Origin: Candidatus Poseidoniaceae archaeon
GTDB lineage: Archaea > Thermoplasmatota > Poseidoniia > Poseidoniales > Poseidoniaceae
Assembly (NCBI GenBank): GCA_949373095.1
Contig: CASIBY010000003.1
Span: 45,631-109,630, forward strand
Length of the DNA: 64,000 bases
Reading direction: 5' to 3'
Under the pieces are notes generated by a model. It was given only the letters and a program-made list of their open reading frames with translations. It made no database searches and was not told the DNA's origin. Positions within the stretch are counted from its first letter, which is position 1; each line of letters starts with the position of its first letter. Below are positions 18,123 through 26,488 of the stretch, piece after piece. Position numbers and translations under genes: made by a program.

Positions 18123-19127
18123 ATGAGCGACCGCCTATATGTTGGAATTGACCTAGGAACCTACCAATCAACCATTGCTTCAAGCGCTGGGAAAATGCAC
18201 ACCATTGAGACCGTTGTTGGTCGTCCAAAGGACCCTGTTGCACGTAATTTCCTCGGACGCGATGTCCTCTTTGGGGATGACGCCCTCAAGAACAAACTCG
18301 CTTGCAATCTTTACCGCCCAATGGCAGCCGGAGTTACACAAGACGACGAAGCCAATCTCGCAGCTGCAAAGGCATTTGTCTCCCACTTGCTTGAAACTGT
18401 TGACCCAGAAGAATTCGACGAAGTTCTTGGAGTCATCTGCTCCCCAAGCCACGTTTCCTTTACCGACAAGTCCAACCTTGTAGCAACTCTGCGAGGACAA
18501 GTTAACGCCATTATGGTCGTTACCGAACCGTTTGCAACCGCATATGGAATTGACGAAATCGCAGGTTCAATCGTTGTAGACATTGGTGCTGGAACAACTG
18601 ACATTGCTCGTGTCTACGGAACTTTCCCTACCGACGAAGACCAAGTAACTATCACAGAAGCTGGAGACTGGTTGGACCTGGAACTCATGGCTCTCATTCG
18701 CAAGAAGTACACCGGGGCTCAAGTCACCAAGGACATGGTCCGAAAGTGGAAGGAAGCATCCTCCTACGTGGGCGGCGATGTCCGTGAAGTCACCGTTGAA
18801 CTCTCTGTTGATGGAAAGCGCCAGGTTGTTGACATTGGTGATTTGATCCAAGAAGCCTGTGACCTCATAATCCCAAAGATTGGGAGCGCTATCAAGCGTA
18901 ACGTTGCTGGCGCTGACCCTGAATACCAACCAATTCTCCGAAACAACATCATCCTCTCTGGTGGAGGCTCACTCATCGATGGATGTGCCGAGCGAATCGC
19001 CGCAGAAATCTCCGATATTGGAGATGTTCGTGTTTGGTGCGTTGAAGACCCAATCCACTCAGTGGCTGCTGGTGCTTTGAAACTCGCTAGTGAAATGCCT
19101 GATGACATGTACACCTCCATCAACTGA
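18123..19127 (+). CDS. Actin-fold ATPase, MamK-like bacterial-actin family
   Basis: Phosphate-1 motif is VGIDLGTYQS, phosphate-2 is VVDIGAGTTDIA and the adenosine motif is ILSGGGSLI. The full-length pattern (GRPKDPVARNFLGRDVLFGDDAL, VTEPFATAYG, EDQVTITEAGDWLD) resembles MamK as I remember it rather than MreB (DIGGGTT). A GGTGA Shine-Dalgarno-like element lies 6 nt upstream. Confidence 0.8.
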   Translation: MSDRLYVGIDLGTYQSTIASSAGKMHTIETVVGRPKDPVARNFLGRDVLFGDDALKNKLACNLYRPMAAGVTQDDEANLAAAKAFVSHLLETVDPEEFDEVLGVICSPSHVSFTDKSNLVATLRGQVNAIMVVTEPFATAYGIDEIAGSIVVDIGAGTTDIARVYGTFPTDEDQVTITEAGDWLDLELMALIRKKYTGAQVTKDMVRKWKEASSYVGGDVREVTVELSVDGKRQVVDIGDLIQEACDLIIPKIGSAIKRNVAGADPEYQPILRNNIILSGGGSLIDGCAERIAAEISDIGDVRVWCVEDPIHSVAAGALKLASEMPDDMYTSIN

Positions 19128-19207
19128 TTCGGCACTCTTCAAAGGGTCTCAAATCAGCACTGCTTAGCCCTGTCGTGGCGGGAAGGTTCAAGTGTGGTTA
19201 ATCCGCG

Positions 19208-20488
19208 ATGAGCAACCGTATGACGGTAGATGCTTCATCTCCTGGTGGAATTCGTCGAGTTGGAACCTCGACCAACGATGAGCGGGCAGCCCTTGAGGGA
19301 ATGCTGAAAGGGTATCCAATTGGGCAACTCGTTGACGAGGTGCTCATCGCTTGGGATGAGCTCGCAAAACGAAACGATGAACTCGTTACTGTCAAGCAGC
19401 GCCTACGGGTAGTTGAACTGGACTTGGCCGAGCGTCACGACCAAGTTGCACCTGAACTTGCTAAACTTGCTGAATCGGAACAGGGACTGCGAGAAGCAGA
19501 TGCAAAAATCATTCACATTGAACGTGTACTAGCAGACACCAAGGCTGAATTGTCATCTCAGCAATCTTCTCTTTCGCAAGAAGAGCGGTCTTCTATGGAA
19601 GATGAGGTGTCCCAGTTACGAGACCTTACTACTCAACAGGACGAGGTTATTGGGGAAATGGAAGGGCGCATCTCTCAGATGGTTGAAGCACTTGAGCGGG
19701 CCGCCGATGCTGGTTTGACCTCGGTTACTGCAGAAGAAGTTCGCCTGCTCAAAAATCAGGTCGACGAGAAGAAGCGCCAACTCGAAGTTGAGAAGGCTGC
19801 TGCCGAAGCACTTGAGGAAGAGCGCCAACGATTGAGAGATATTGCTGACCGTCTTCGTGGACTCTTGGATGCGCGTGACCGCCGTCTGGGAGAACTTGAG
19901 GAGCAACTCGAGCGTGTCATGCAGGGCCCACGTTCCGTTTCCGCAGAACATGATTATCTCGTTGAACAAATCGAAGAACTCAAGCGTCGTCTACTTGAAC
20001 GAAACCGGGAATATGAATCACTACGCCGACGAGAACGACGCCTTCACAACGATGTGTTTGAGCGTGACGAGCGTTTGCAACAGATTACACTCACTATGAC
20101 CGATCTCGAATCTGCACTTCAAGACCGAACTGCTGAATTGCGTGAATTGGAAGACCAACGAAGTTCAATGGAACATGAACTAGATTCTGCGCGCCGAAGT
20201 GAGCGTACCCGGGAAGTTGTCGGACGAGTCTTTGCGGATTCCCTATCTCTCGTGCGAAGTCACGAAAGCCGCGAGTTGAAGCGTGAACTCTATGCAAATG
20301 CACCAGACGTTGAGCGTACTATTGAATCGCCTTCTACAGAAGATATGGCTCGGCTGGCAGAAGGAAGTGAATTGGAACTCAACACGAAGGAAACGGTTCT
20401 TGAGAAAGGCATGGACGTTGAGGGAGTAAGGCCTCCATCTCCTGGTGGAACCGGAGACCCTGTTCTCTTCGATGAAGAAAAAGAATGA
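19208..20488 (+). CDS. Long coiled-coil protein (426 aa), function unknown
   Basis: Glu/Arg/Leu/Gln-rich with heptad-like periodicity over about 350 residues. The N- and C-terminal ends are short, non-helical and Pro/Gly-containing, and both carry SPGG. It lies 80 nt downstream of the actin-like gene on the same strand. Confidence 0.75.
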   Translation: MSNRMTVDASSPGGIRRVGTSTNDERAALEGMLKGYPIGQLVDEVLIAWDELAKRNDELVTVKQRLRVVELDLAERHDQVAPELAKLAESEQGLREADAKIIHIERVLADTKAELSSQQSSLSQEERSSMEDEVSQLRDLTTQQDEVIGEMEGRISQMVEALERAADAGLTSVTAEEVRLLKNQVDEKKRQLEVEKAAAEALEEERQRLRDIADRLRGLLDARDRRLGELEEQLERVMQGPRSVSAEHDYLVEQIEELKRRLLERNREYESLRRRERRLHNDVFERDERLQQITLTMTDLESALQDRTAELRELEDQRSSMEHELDSARRSERTREVVGRVFADSLSLVRSHESRELKRELYANAPDVERTIESPSTEDMARLAEGSELELNTKETVLEKGMDVEGVRPPSPGGTGDPVLFDEEKE

Positions 20489-20493
20489 AGCCT

Positions 20494-21309
20494 TCAGTTG
20501 CTTGAACAAGCACCGACCAGGCTTTGGAGACGATTGCGTAGTTCTTCTATTGATGCCGCGTCTTCCGTAACAGTACCTGTAACGACCCAGTCCGCACCAG
20601 CTTCAACCGCAGCCTCAACATCCGAAGAAGTTCGTAAGCCACCACCTACAATCAGTGTTAACCCTTCAACCTCTTTTGCTTTCTTAATCAAGTCGGTGTG
20701 AACGGGTGAGCTCGCTCCGCTTCCTGCCTCTAAGTATAACAGGGAAAAACCGTACATTTTAGCGCAGAGGGCGTAAGCGTGAACCAATTCAACGTCCGTA
20801 GATTGAATCAATTCCGCAGCACCAACTTCCCCAACTCGGCCTCCTGGGGCACAGACGACGTATCCCGTAGGTAGGGCTTCAACACCAAACTTATCCAAGT
20901 AAGGTGCTCCGCGAATTTGTTCTCCGACCAAAAATTCTCGTTTTGTTGAATTCATGAGCATCATGAACGTGATTGCGTCCGCAGCCGGAGACAGCGCGTG
21001 AGCGCCGCCGGGAAACAGAACTACGGGGATATCCCATTGAGATTCATCGCCTTCAGGGTCTTGGCTGGATGCGAACATTCGCAACTCAAAAGCTTCTTGA
21101 ATAGCCTGGCATGTTGAGTGGACAATGTTGTCGGGTGTGTCCGTTGACCCTCCAACGAAAACCATTTTTGAACCGGATTCTACAGCAACCATCGCTCTTT
21201 GGGCCGCTATGTCAGGGCTTTGTTTTGCTGGATCAATCAGCGTGACGTGGCGTGCGGGGTGAGTACCTCTGCGCACTTTTTCCAAAACTGTGGTCTCTCC
21301 AACGTGCAT
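20494..21309 (-). CDS. Geranylgeranylglyceryl phosphate synthase (PcrB/GGGPS family)
   Basis: TIM-barrel GGGPS pattern: VTLIDPAK...VFVGGS...LLYLEAGSGASSPV...LIVGGGLRT...ADWVVTGTV. Confidence 0.82.
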   Translation of the reverse strand: MHVGETTVLEKVRRGTHPARHVTLIDPAKQSPDIAAQRAMVAVESGSKMVFVGGSTDTPDNIVHSTCQAIQEAFELRMFASSQDPEGDESQWDIPVVLFPGGAHALSPAADAITFMMLMNSTKREFLVGEQIRGAPYLDKFGVEALPTGYVVCAPGGRVGEVGAAELIQSTDVELVHAYALCAKMYGFSLLYLEAGSGASSPVHTDLIKKAKEVEGLTLIVGGGLRTSSDVEAAVEAGADWVVTGTVTEDAASIEELRNRLQSLVGACSSN

Positions 21310-21407
21310 GGCCCTCGGTTCACCGTCACGGCGGGCAGGGCATAGGACTTACGCTAGCGAGCGATTTCAACGGGAGGCTTCTCAAAGCCCCCCATCGTCC
21401 CAATAAC

Positions 21408-23183
21408 ATGAGCGAGGGTGGGCCGTTTCGGCGATTGCTAACTTACATGAGTCCGCACAGAGCAACTATCCGACTTGCTTCGTTCTGCTCTGTATTCAAC
21501 AAAATATGGGACCTCGCCCCTCCACTGTTGATTGGATTGGCGGTGGATGTTGTTGTTCTCAAGGAAGACTCTCTGCTCGCGTCGTATGGTTTAGTTGACC
21601 CTTGGCACCAACTCATTCTCCTCTCTGTGCTTACCTTTCTCATATGGGGCCTTGAATCTCTCTTCGAATATTTCTACGGCATCCTATGGAGGAATTTAGC
21701 CCAAACAGTCCAGCATGAATTACGCCTCGATACCTTTGACCACGTCCAAAAACAAGGAATGGGCTGGTTTGATGAGCGCCAAAAAGGTGATATTCTCGCT
21801 ATCCTCAACGATGACATCAACCAGCTTGAACGGTTTTTGGACAAGGGAGCAAATGATTTGCTTCAGGTGAGTACTACCGTACTGGTCGTTGGAGCTGTTT
21901 TCCTGATGATATCATGGGAAGTTGCCCTTTTCGCTGTGCTTCCGATCCCCCTCATAGTGTGGGGTTCGTTCCGGTATCAGCGCAGTCTTGAGCCAAGATA
22001 TGCGAAGGTAAGAAGCACTGCTGGAAAGATGAATGCACTTCTTGAAAACGACCTTTCGGGAATGTCAACAATTCAATCCTTTACCGCTGAAGAACGCGAA
22101 ATGAAACGGGTTGAGGCGTTGAGTAACGAATACCGAGATGCGAACCGAGAAGCTATTCGCTTGTCTGCAGCATTTACACCTCTTATTCGGATGGCCATCC
22201 TTTGCGGATTTACCGCAACGCTATTGCTAGGAGGTTGGATGGCCCTTGAAGGCACACTTGCTATCGGCGCATACTCTGTTTTAGTATTCATGACGCAGAG
22301 GCTTCTATGGCCCCTCACTCGGCTAGGTGAAACCTTCGACCTCTACCAGCGAGCCATGGCTTCATCCACTCGCGTATTGGACGTGCTAACCTCGCCTACA
22401 GAAGTGAAACAAGGGGTGCATCAACCTGATTTGGGAGATATAGCAACATCAGACATCGTTCTCAATGATGTCACCTTTGCCTATCCTGAGCGTGACAATG
22501 TTTTTTCAAACCTTAATCTGGAATTGAAAGCAGGACATACAACTGGTGTTGTTGGCTCTACAGGCGCTGGAAAAACAACACTTGTTCGGCTGTTACTACG
22601 CTTTGCTGAACCTACATCTGGAGCAATTACATGGTCGGGGGCGCCAATTCCAGATTGGAAGTTAAGCCACCTGCGCTCGTCAATTGCAATGGTTGACCAA
22701 CACATCACGCTATTTCCAACAACCATAATGGAAAACATTCGTTATGGAAATCCTGACTGCACTGATGATGAAGTCAGGGGGGCCGCTGCTACTGCGGAAG
22801 CAACCGGATTTATCGGAGATTTACCTGACGGCTGGAACACCATGGTTGGGGAAGGCGGGCATCGACTTTCTGGGGGTCAGCGGCAAAGGCTTGCGATCGC
22901 TCGGGCTGTTCTCAAAGACGCCCCACTGTTAGTCTTGGACGAAGCTACCTCCGCCGTGGATAACGAAACTGAAGCTGCCCTTCAACGTTCAATCGGTCGT
23001 ATCTCACAAGGCCGGACGACCGTCATCATTGCTCACCGACTCTCCACCGTTCGAAACGCAAATCGCATCCTTGTCTTTGAGGGCGGCGAAGTGATAGAGG
23101 ACGGCAGTCATGATGACCTCGTTAAGTTGAACGGCACCTATGCCCGGCTTTGGGCCGTCCAAACCGGCAGTTCCGTGAAATAA
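21408..23183 (+). CDS. ABC exporter, fused TMD-NBD half-transporter (MsbA/type-I exporter-like)
   Basis: Six-helix TMD followed by an NBD with GSTGAGKTT, LSGGQRQR and LLVLDEATSAVD. The start is trimmed to the ATG at 21408 (MSEGGPFRRLLTYM) because the longer ORF overlaps the divergent GGGPS gene. Confidence 0.88.
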   Translation: MSEGGPFRRLLTYMSPHRATIRLASFCSVFNKIWDLAPPLLIGLAVDVVVLKEDSLLASYGLVDPWHQLILLSVLTFLIWGLESLFEYFYGILWRNLAQTVQHELRLDTFDHVQKQGMGWFDERQKGDILAILNDDINQLERFLDKGANDLLQVSTTVLVVGAVFLMISWEVALFAVLPIPLIVWGSFRYQRSLEPRYAKVRSTAGKMNALLENDLSGMSTIQSFTAEEREMKRVEALSNEYRDANREAIRLSAAFTPLIRMAILCGFTATLLLGGWMALEGTLAIGAYSVLVFMTQRLLWPLTRLGETFDLYQRAMASSTRVLDVLTSPTEVKQGVHQPDLGDIATSDIVLNDVTFAYPERDNVFSNLNLELKAGHTTGVVGSTGAGKTTLVRLLLRFAEPTSGAITWSGAPIPDWKLSHLRSSIAMVDQHITLFPTTIMENIRYGNPDCTDDEVRGAAATAEATGFIGDLPDGWNTMVGEGGHRLSGGQRQRLAIARAVLKDAPLLVLDEATSAVDNETEAALQRSIGRISQGRTTVIIAHRLSTVRNANRILVFEGGEVIEDGSHDDLVKLNGTYARLWAVQTGSSVK

Positions 23184-23213
23184 ACGGCATTATTTCGGGC
23201 ATCGCAAACAGCA

Positions 23214-23221
23214 TTTTATAT
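23214..23221 (+). promoter_or_regulatory. Candidate archaeal TATA box for the rhodopsin gene
   Basis: TTTTATAT is centred about 35 nt upstream of the ATG at 23253, consistent with a transcript that has a very short leader. Confidence 0.4.
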
Positions 23222-23252
23222 CCGCGATGCTACCGACAAACACTTGAGAAAC

Positions 23253-24098
23253 ATGATAAAAGACAAGTTTTCTAAGACAACAAGCCTGCTGCTAATCGGA
23301 ACAATCGCCCTCGCAATGGCCGGAACGGTCAGTGCGGCCGACCTTGTGGACCCCTCCGTAAAATACGCTGGCGACACCCTAGGACTCATCACCTTCTTCC
23401 TGTTCTTCGTCGGCTACATCTCAATGGGTGCAGCATTCGTCTTCTTCATGAGCGAACGCAGCAATGTAGCCCCAGAATACCGCACAACAATGACCATCTC
23501 GGCATTGATTGTTGGTATCGCTGCATTCCACTACTACTACATGCGAGCCGTCTACACCGATCTAGGCTCGGTCTCTATCGAGTACCGATACATGGATTGG
23601 ATTATTACGGTCCCATTGATGGCTTTGAAGTTCCCTTCCCTAGTTGGTAAGGATGCCATCACCGACGAGAAATTCCTCGGCATGGGCTTCACTGGCATCT
23701 GTTTCACTGGTGCACTCATCATGATTGGATTTGGATACCTCGGCGAAGCAGGCGTCATTCCCGGAATCGCTGGACTTGTTCTTGGTGGCGTCGGCTGGGC
23801 AATGATCATCGTTGCCACAGGGACACCGTGGTCCTCCGGAAAGGGAGTTGACAACTCAAAGATTAAGCCAGAACTCATGTGGAGCGCCAACGCACTTCGC
23901 TGGTTCATCGTAGTCGGTTGGGTCATCTACCCCCTCGGATACATGTTCAACCCCAGCGTCAACATGATCGACGTCGGCGCAGACGGTGTTGAAGTTATGG
24001 CCATTGCCTACAACGTTGCAGACATCATCAACAAGATCGGATTTGGTATTGTCGCATGGATGGGTGCAAAGAAAGCAACCGAAGCAATGGCAGCCTGA
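23253..24098 (+). CDS. Proteorhodopsin-type microbial rhodopsin (DTK motif, Met at the spectral-tuning position)
   Basis: Signal-like N-terminus. FHYYYMR carries the His75 equivalent. RYMDWIITVPLMALK aligns to the RYIDWLLTVPLLICE block of green proteorhodopsin. The retinal Lys lies in NVADIINKIGFGIV. I use the ATG at 23253; the track ORF starts at a TTG at 23244. Confidence 0.9.
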   Translation: MIKDKFSKTTSLLLIGTIALAMAGTVSAADLVDPSVKYAGDTLGLITFFLFFVGYISMGAAFVFFMSERSNVAPEYRTTMTISALIVGIAAFHYYYMRAVYTDLGSVSIEYRYMDWIITVPLMALKFPSLVGKDAITDEKFLGMGFTGICFTGALIMIGFGYLGEAGVIPGIAGLVLGGVGWAMIIVATGTPWSSGKGVDNSKIKPELMWSANALRWFIVVGWVIYPLGYMFNPSVNMIDVGADGVEVMAIAYNVADIINKIGFGIVAWMGAKKATEAMAA

Positions 24099-24125
24099 AC
24101 ATAATCAACATGTCCCCCAATGAGG

Positions 24126-24147
24126 CGGGGCGGCTTTGGTCGTCCCG
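24126..24147. terminator. Hairpin between convergent genes, a candidate bidirectional terminator
   Basis: CGGGGCG (24126-24132) pairs with CGTCCCG (24141-24147) as a 7-bp stem with one G-U pair and an 8-nt loop, followed by TTT. It lies 28 nt after the rhodopsin stop. Confidence 0.35.
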
Positions 24148-24166
24148 TTTCATGGTGACTGTTTGA

Positions 24167-24484
24167 CTACGCTTCAAAGCCAACTACGGATGTTGTAAAG
24201 GCAGCGCTGAGTACATACATGCACACGGTAACAACAATGCCTAATGCGAGTGATGATTCAAAACTCCAACCCCTTCGTAACAGGCAGGGTAAGAGAATAA
24301 ACAAGCACAACGATGGGAAAATAAGCCAGAGTATGCATTCCGCATAGTCAGCTACATGTTCCGTATCTTTGGTATCGCTGTACAACCAGATGATCGAGAG
24401 AATGCTCATGAGGGGTATTGAAATAAACAGGGCGCCGTAGAGAATTGAACGTTTTGCAAACTCACTTGCACTGGCAATCAACAC
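24167..24484 (-). CDS. Small membrane protein, function unknown
   Basis: 105-aa hydrophobic ORF with 3-4 helices and a GTG start. I assign no family with confidence. Confidence 0.5.
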   Translation of the reverse strand: MLIASASEFAKRSILYGALFISIPLMSILSIIWLYSDTKDTEHVADYAECILWLIFPSLCLFILLPCLLRRGWSFESSLALGIVVTVCMYVLSAAFTTSVVGFEA

Positions 24485-24566
24485 CCCGCTCAGAATGCCT
24501 CTTGCTAACAGCGACGGTCATGTCATGGTTAGACCGTTGCATACTCGCTCTATGCTCCGTTTGCCC

Positions 24567-25637
24567 TCACTCTGTTTCATCAGAAGTGAACGGTGGAGCG
24601 TCTTTTGGGACTCCATCTAGAAGCCGCATAAGGTGCTCCAATGTTGCCTTCGGCGCGGTTCTGTACCATATCGACCCTACTATTATCCACCCCACGGTAT
24701 ACGCAAATACCACGGTCGACGACCGTGTCAGTGACCAGTCGTTGGTTTGATCTATTGTGTGAAAGAGAGCAAGCGGAACAAAATGGGCTACATAGACTGT
24801 GAGAGAAACTCGCCCTGCCTGAGCAAGTAATTTTGCTTGAGAAAGGAAACGGATTGAGGTGCTCCAAAAGAGGAGGACTCCTGTCATTGCAGCAACGAGG
24901 AACGGTGCATTAGATGGGAAGAACGTCAATATGGCGTCACCAGATGGAAGAGCCCAGGCTTGTTGAGTTGATACTGAATACGCAAGGGTAAGACTTGAAA
25001 AAATCAAACCGAAGGTGATTGAGCCAGCGTAGAAGGAAGTAAGACTGTGTCGATCCATGAGTTGTAGAATACCACCTAGTGCGGCAAAGAGCACCCATGG
25101 GAAGAGGGGATAGGTCCCGGTTAACAGTAAATGGCTCAAGATAGTCGAGATGTCTGGGGCCTGCACACGAATGCTCCAGATGCTTTCACCCTGAAGTTGG
25201 GGGAAGAAGAGGATGATTAAACAGCATATTCCAAAAAAGGAAATAAAGGGTATGGTTGGGTTTTTGAAAGCAGTAAGTGGCCACGCCCAAAATGGCTTCA
25301 AGAGGACGAGAAGTCCCATCAAAGAGAGTACTCCTGGAGTAAACGGTTCAAATAAATGCGGAGCACTGATATTGACAAGGAATTGACAAAGGAACAAGAA
25401 CGACGCCCTTGCCCATCTTTGGCGAGACGAAGGATTTGCCTTCATGAGCCCCCACCCCAAGAGAGTCACGAACAACGGTGCTGCCAGGCCCCCAAGGCCA
25501 GAAACGATGTACGCCAACGGAGAAATTTGAGATGAAGTGGATGGATTCCAGGTTGCTGCTGCGTGAACCATGACCATCAAAGCCACCGCAACGCCTCGTA
25601 ATGCATCAATATGGAGTTGGCGGCCTTCAGCCTCCAT
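24567..25637 (-). CDS. DUF1624 / heparan-alpha-glucosaminide N-acetyltransferase-like membrane acyltransferase
   Basis: The N-terminal signature LHIDALRGVAVALMVMVHA is followed by about 10 TM helices. I prefer the ATG at 25637 (MEAEGRQ), which avoids overlap with the purQ stop. Confidence 0.65.
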   Translation of the reverse strand: MEAEGRQLHIDALRGVAVALMVMVHAAATWNPSTSSQISPLAYIVSGLGGLAAPLFVTLLGWGLMKANPSSRQRWARASFLFLCQFLVNISAPHLFEPFTPGVLSLMGLLVLLKPFWAWPLTAFKNPTIPFISFFGICCLIILFFPQLQGESIWSIRVQAPDISTILSHLLLTGTYPLFPWVLFAALGGILQLMDRHSLTSFYAGSITFGLIFSSLTLAYSVSTQQAWALPSGDAILTFFPSNAPFLVAAMTGVLLFWSTSIRFLSQAKLLAQAGRVSLTVYVAHFVPLALFHTIDQTNDWSLTRSSTVVFAYTVGWIIVGSIWYRTAPKATLEHLMRLLDGVPKDAPPFTSDETE

Positions 25638-25642
25638 CCTAC

Positions 25643-26488
25643 TCACCTGTTGGAACGAACGTGTTCTACCGCGTTACGGAAGAGTTGCAATCCTTCGCCT
25701 TCCCATCCGTCCATTGCCCCTGCACCATGTGGTTGGGCTCCGTCTCGGGTATGGTGTGGATGGAGCCATTGAGCGTAAATTGCCTCGGGGTGAGGCATCA
25801 ATCCAAAGACCAGCCCCGTAGAGTCGCAAATTCCTGCAATGTTTCGCATGCTTCCATTCGGACTCAGCGGGTAAGGCAGTTGAACATCGGTTCGTCCCTC
25901 TCCAACCGGAGTATCTGGATCTACATAACGTACGGTAAGTTGGTTTGACGAAGCCAAACGGTCCAAGTCTTCCGAAGACGGCATGATGTATTTTCCTTCA
26001 CCGTGCCGCACAGGGCATTCCATTCTAGTCATTCCTTTGGTCCAAATGCATGGGCTTTCAGGGTCGAACTCTAAAGTGACCCAACGGTCTTCGTATAGGC
26101 CGCTGTCATTCAAGCCAAGGCTTCCTCGTTGAATAAAATCCGGAGATGCGCTTCCTTCGGGCCCAGGGAGTAATCCGGTCTTTACAAGAACTTGAAATCC
26201 ATTACAAATTCCGATTATTGGTTTACCAGCCTCGACAAAGGCCTGAAGAGCGTCTCGCATTGCATAGCGCATCCGATTACCCATTAATCGCCCGCTTCCG
26301 AGGTGGTCTCCAAATGAAAAACCACCGGGAACTGCGAGAATATCATATGTTTCCAACGCTGCATCGCCATCAATAAATCGATTCACGTGAATTCGGTCGG
26401 CAGTAGCTCCAACCAATTCAAAGACAGCCTTCGTTTCATGGTCACAATTGATTCCAAACCCGAAGAGCACAGCTACCTTTGGCTGCAT
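25643..26488 (-). CDS. purQ: Phosphoribosylformylglycinamidine synthase, glutaminase subunit PurQ
   Basis: KVAVLFGFGINCDHE, AVPGGFSFGD, the catalytic Cys in GICNGFQVL, and GLMPHPE. Its ATG (26488-26486) overlaps the purL stop in an ATGA arrangement. Confidence 0.9.
   Translation of the reverse strand: MQPKVAVLFGFGINCDHETKAVFELVGATADRIHVNRFIDGDAALETYDILAVPGGFSFGDHLGSGRLMGNRMRYAMRDALQAFVEAGKPIIGICNGFQVLVKTGLLPGPEGSASPDFIQRGSLGLNDSGLYEDRWVTLEFDPESPCIWTKGMTRMECPVRHGEGKYIMPSSEDLDRLASSNQLTVRYVDPDTPVGEGRTDVQLPYPLSPNGSMRNIAGICDSTGLVFGLMPHPEAIYAQWLHPHHTRDGAQPHGAGAMDGWEGEGLQLFRNAVEHVRSNR

Noticed and set aside
18123-19127. Idea that the MamK-like gene marks a magnetosome island
   Set aside because: No other magnetosome genes (mamA/B/M/I/Q-type cation-diffusion, PDZ-protease or TPR genes) are present within the window, and the flanks are housekeeping genes.
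21252-21407. Extension of the ABC exporter ORF back to 21252
   Set aside because: It would overlap the 5' end of the divergent GGGPS gene by 58 nt. The internal ATG at 21408 gives the usual exporter N-terminus.
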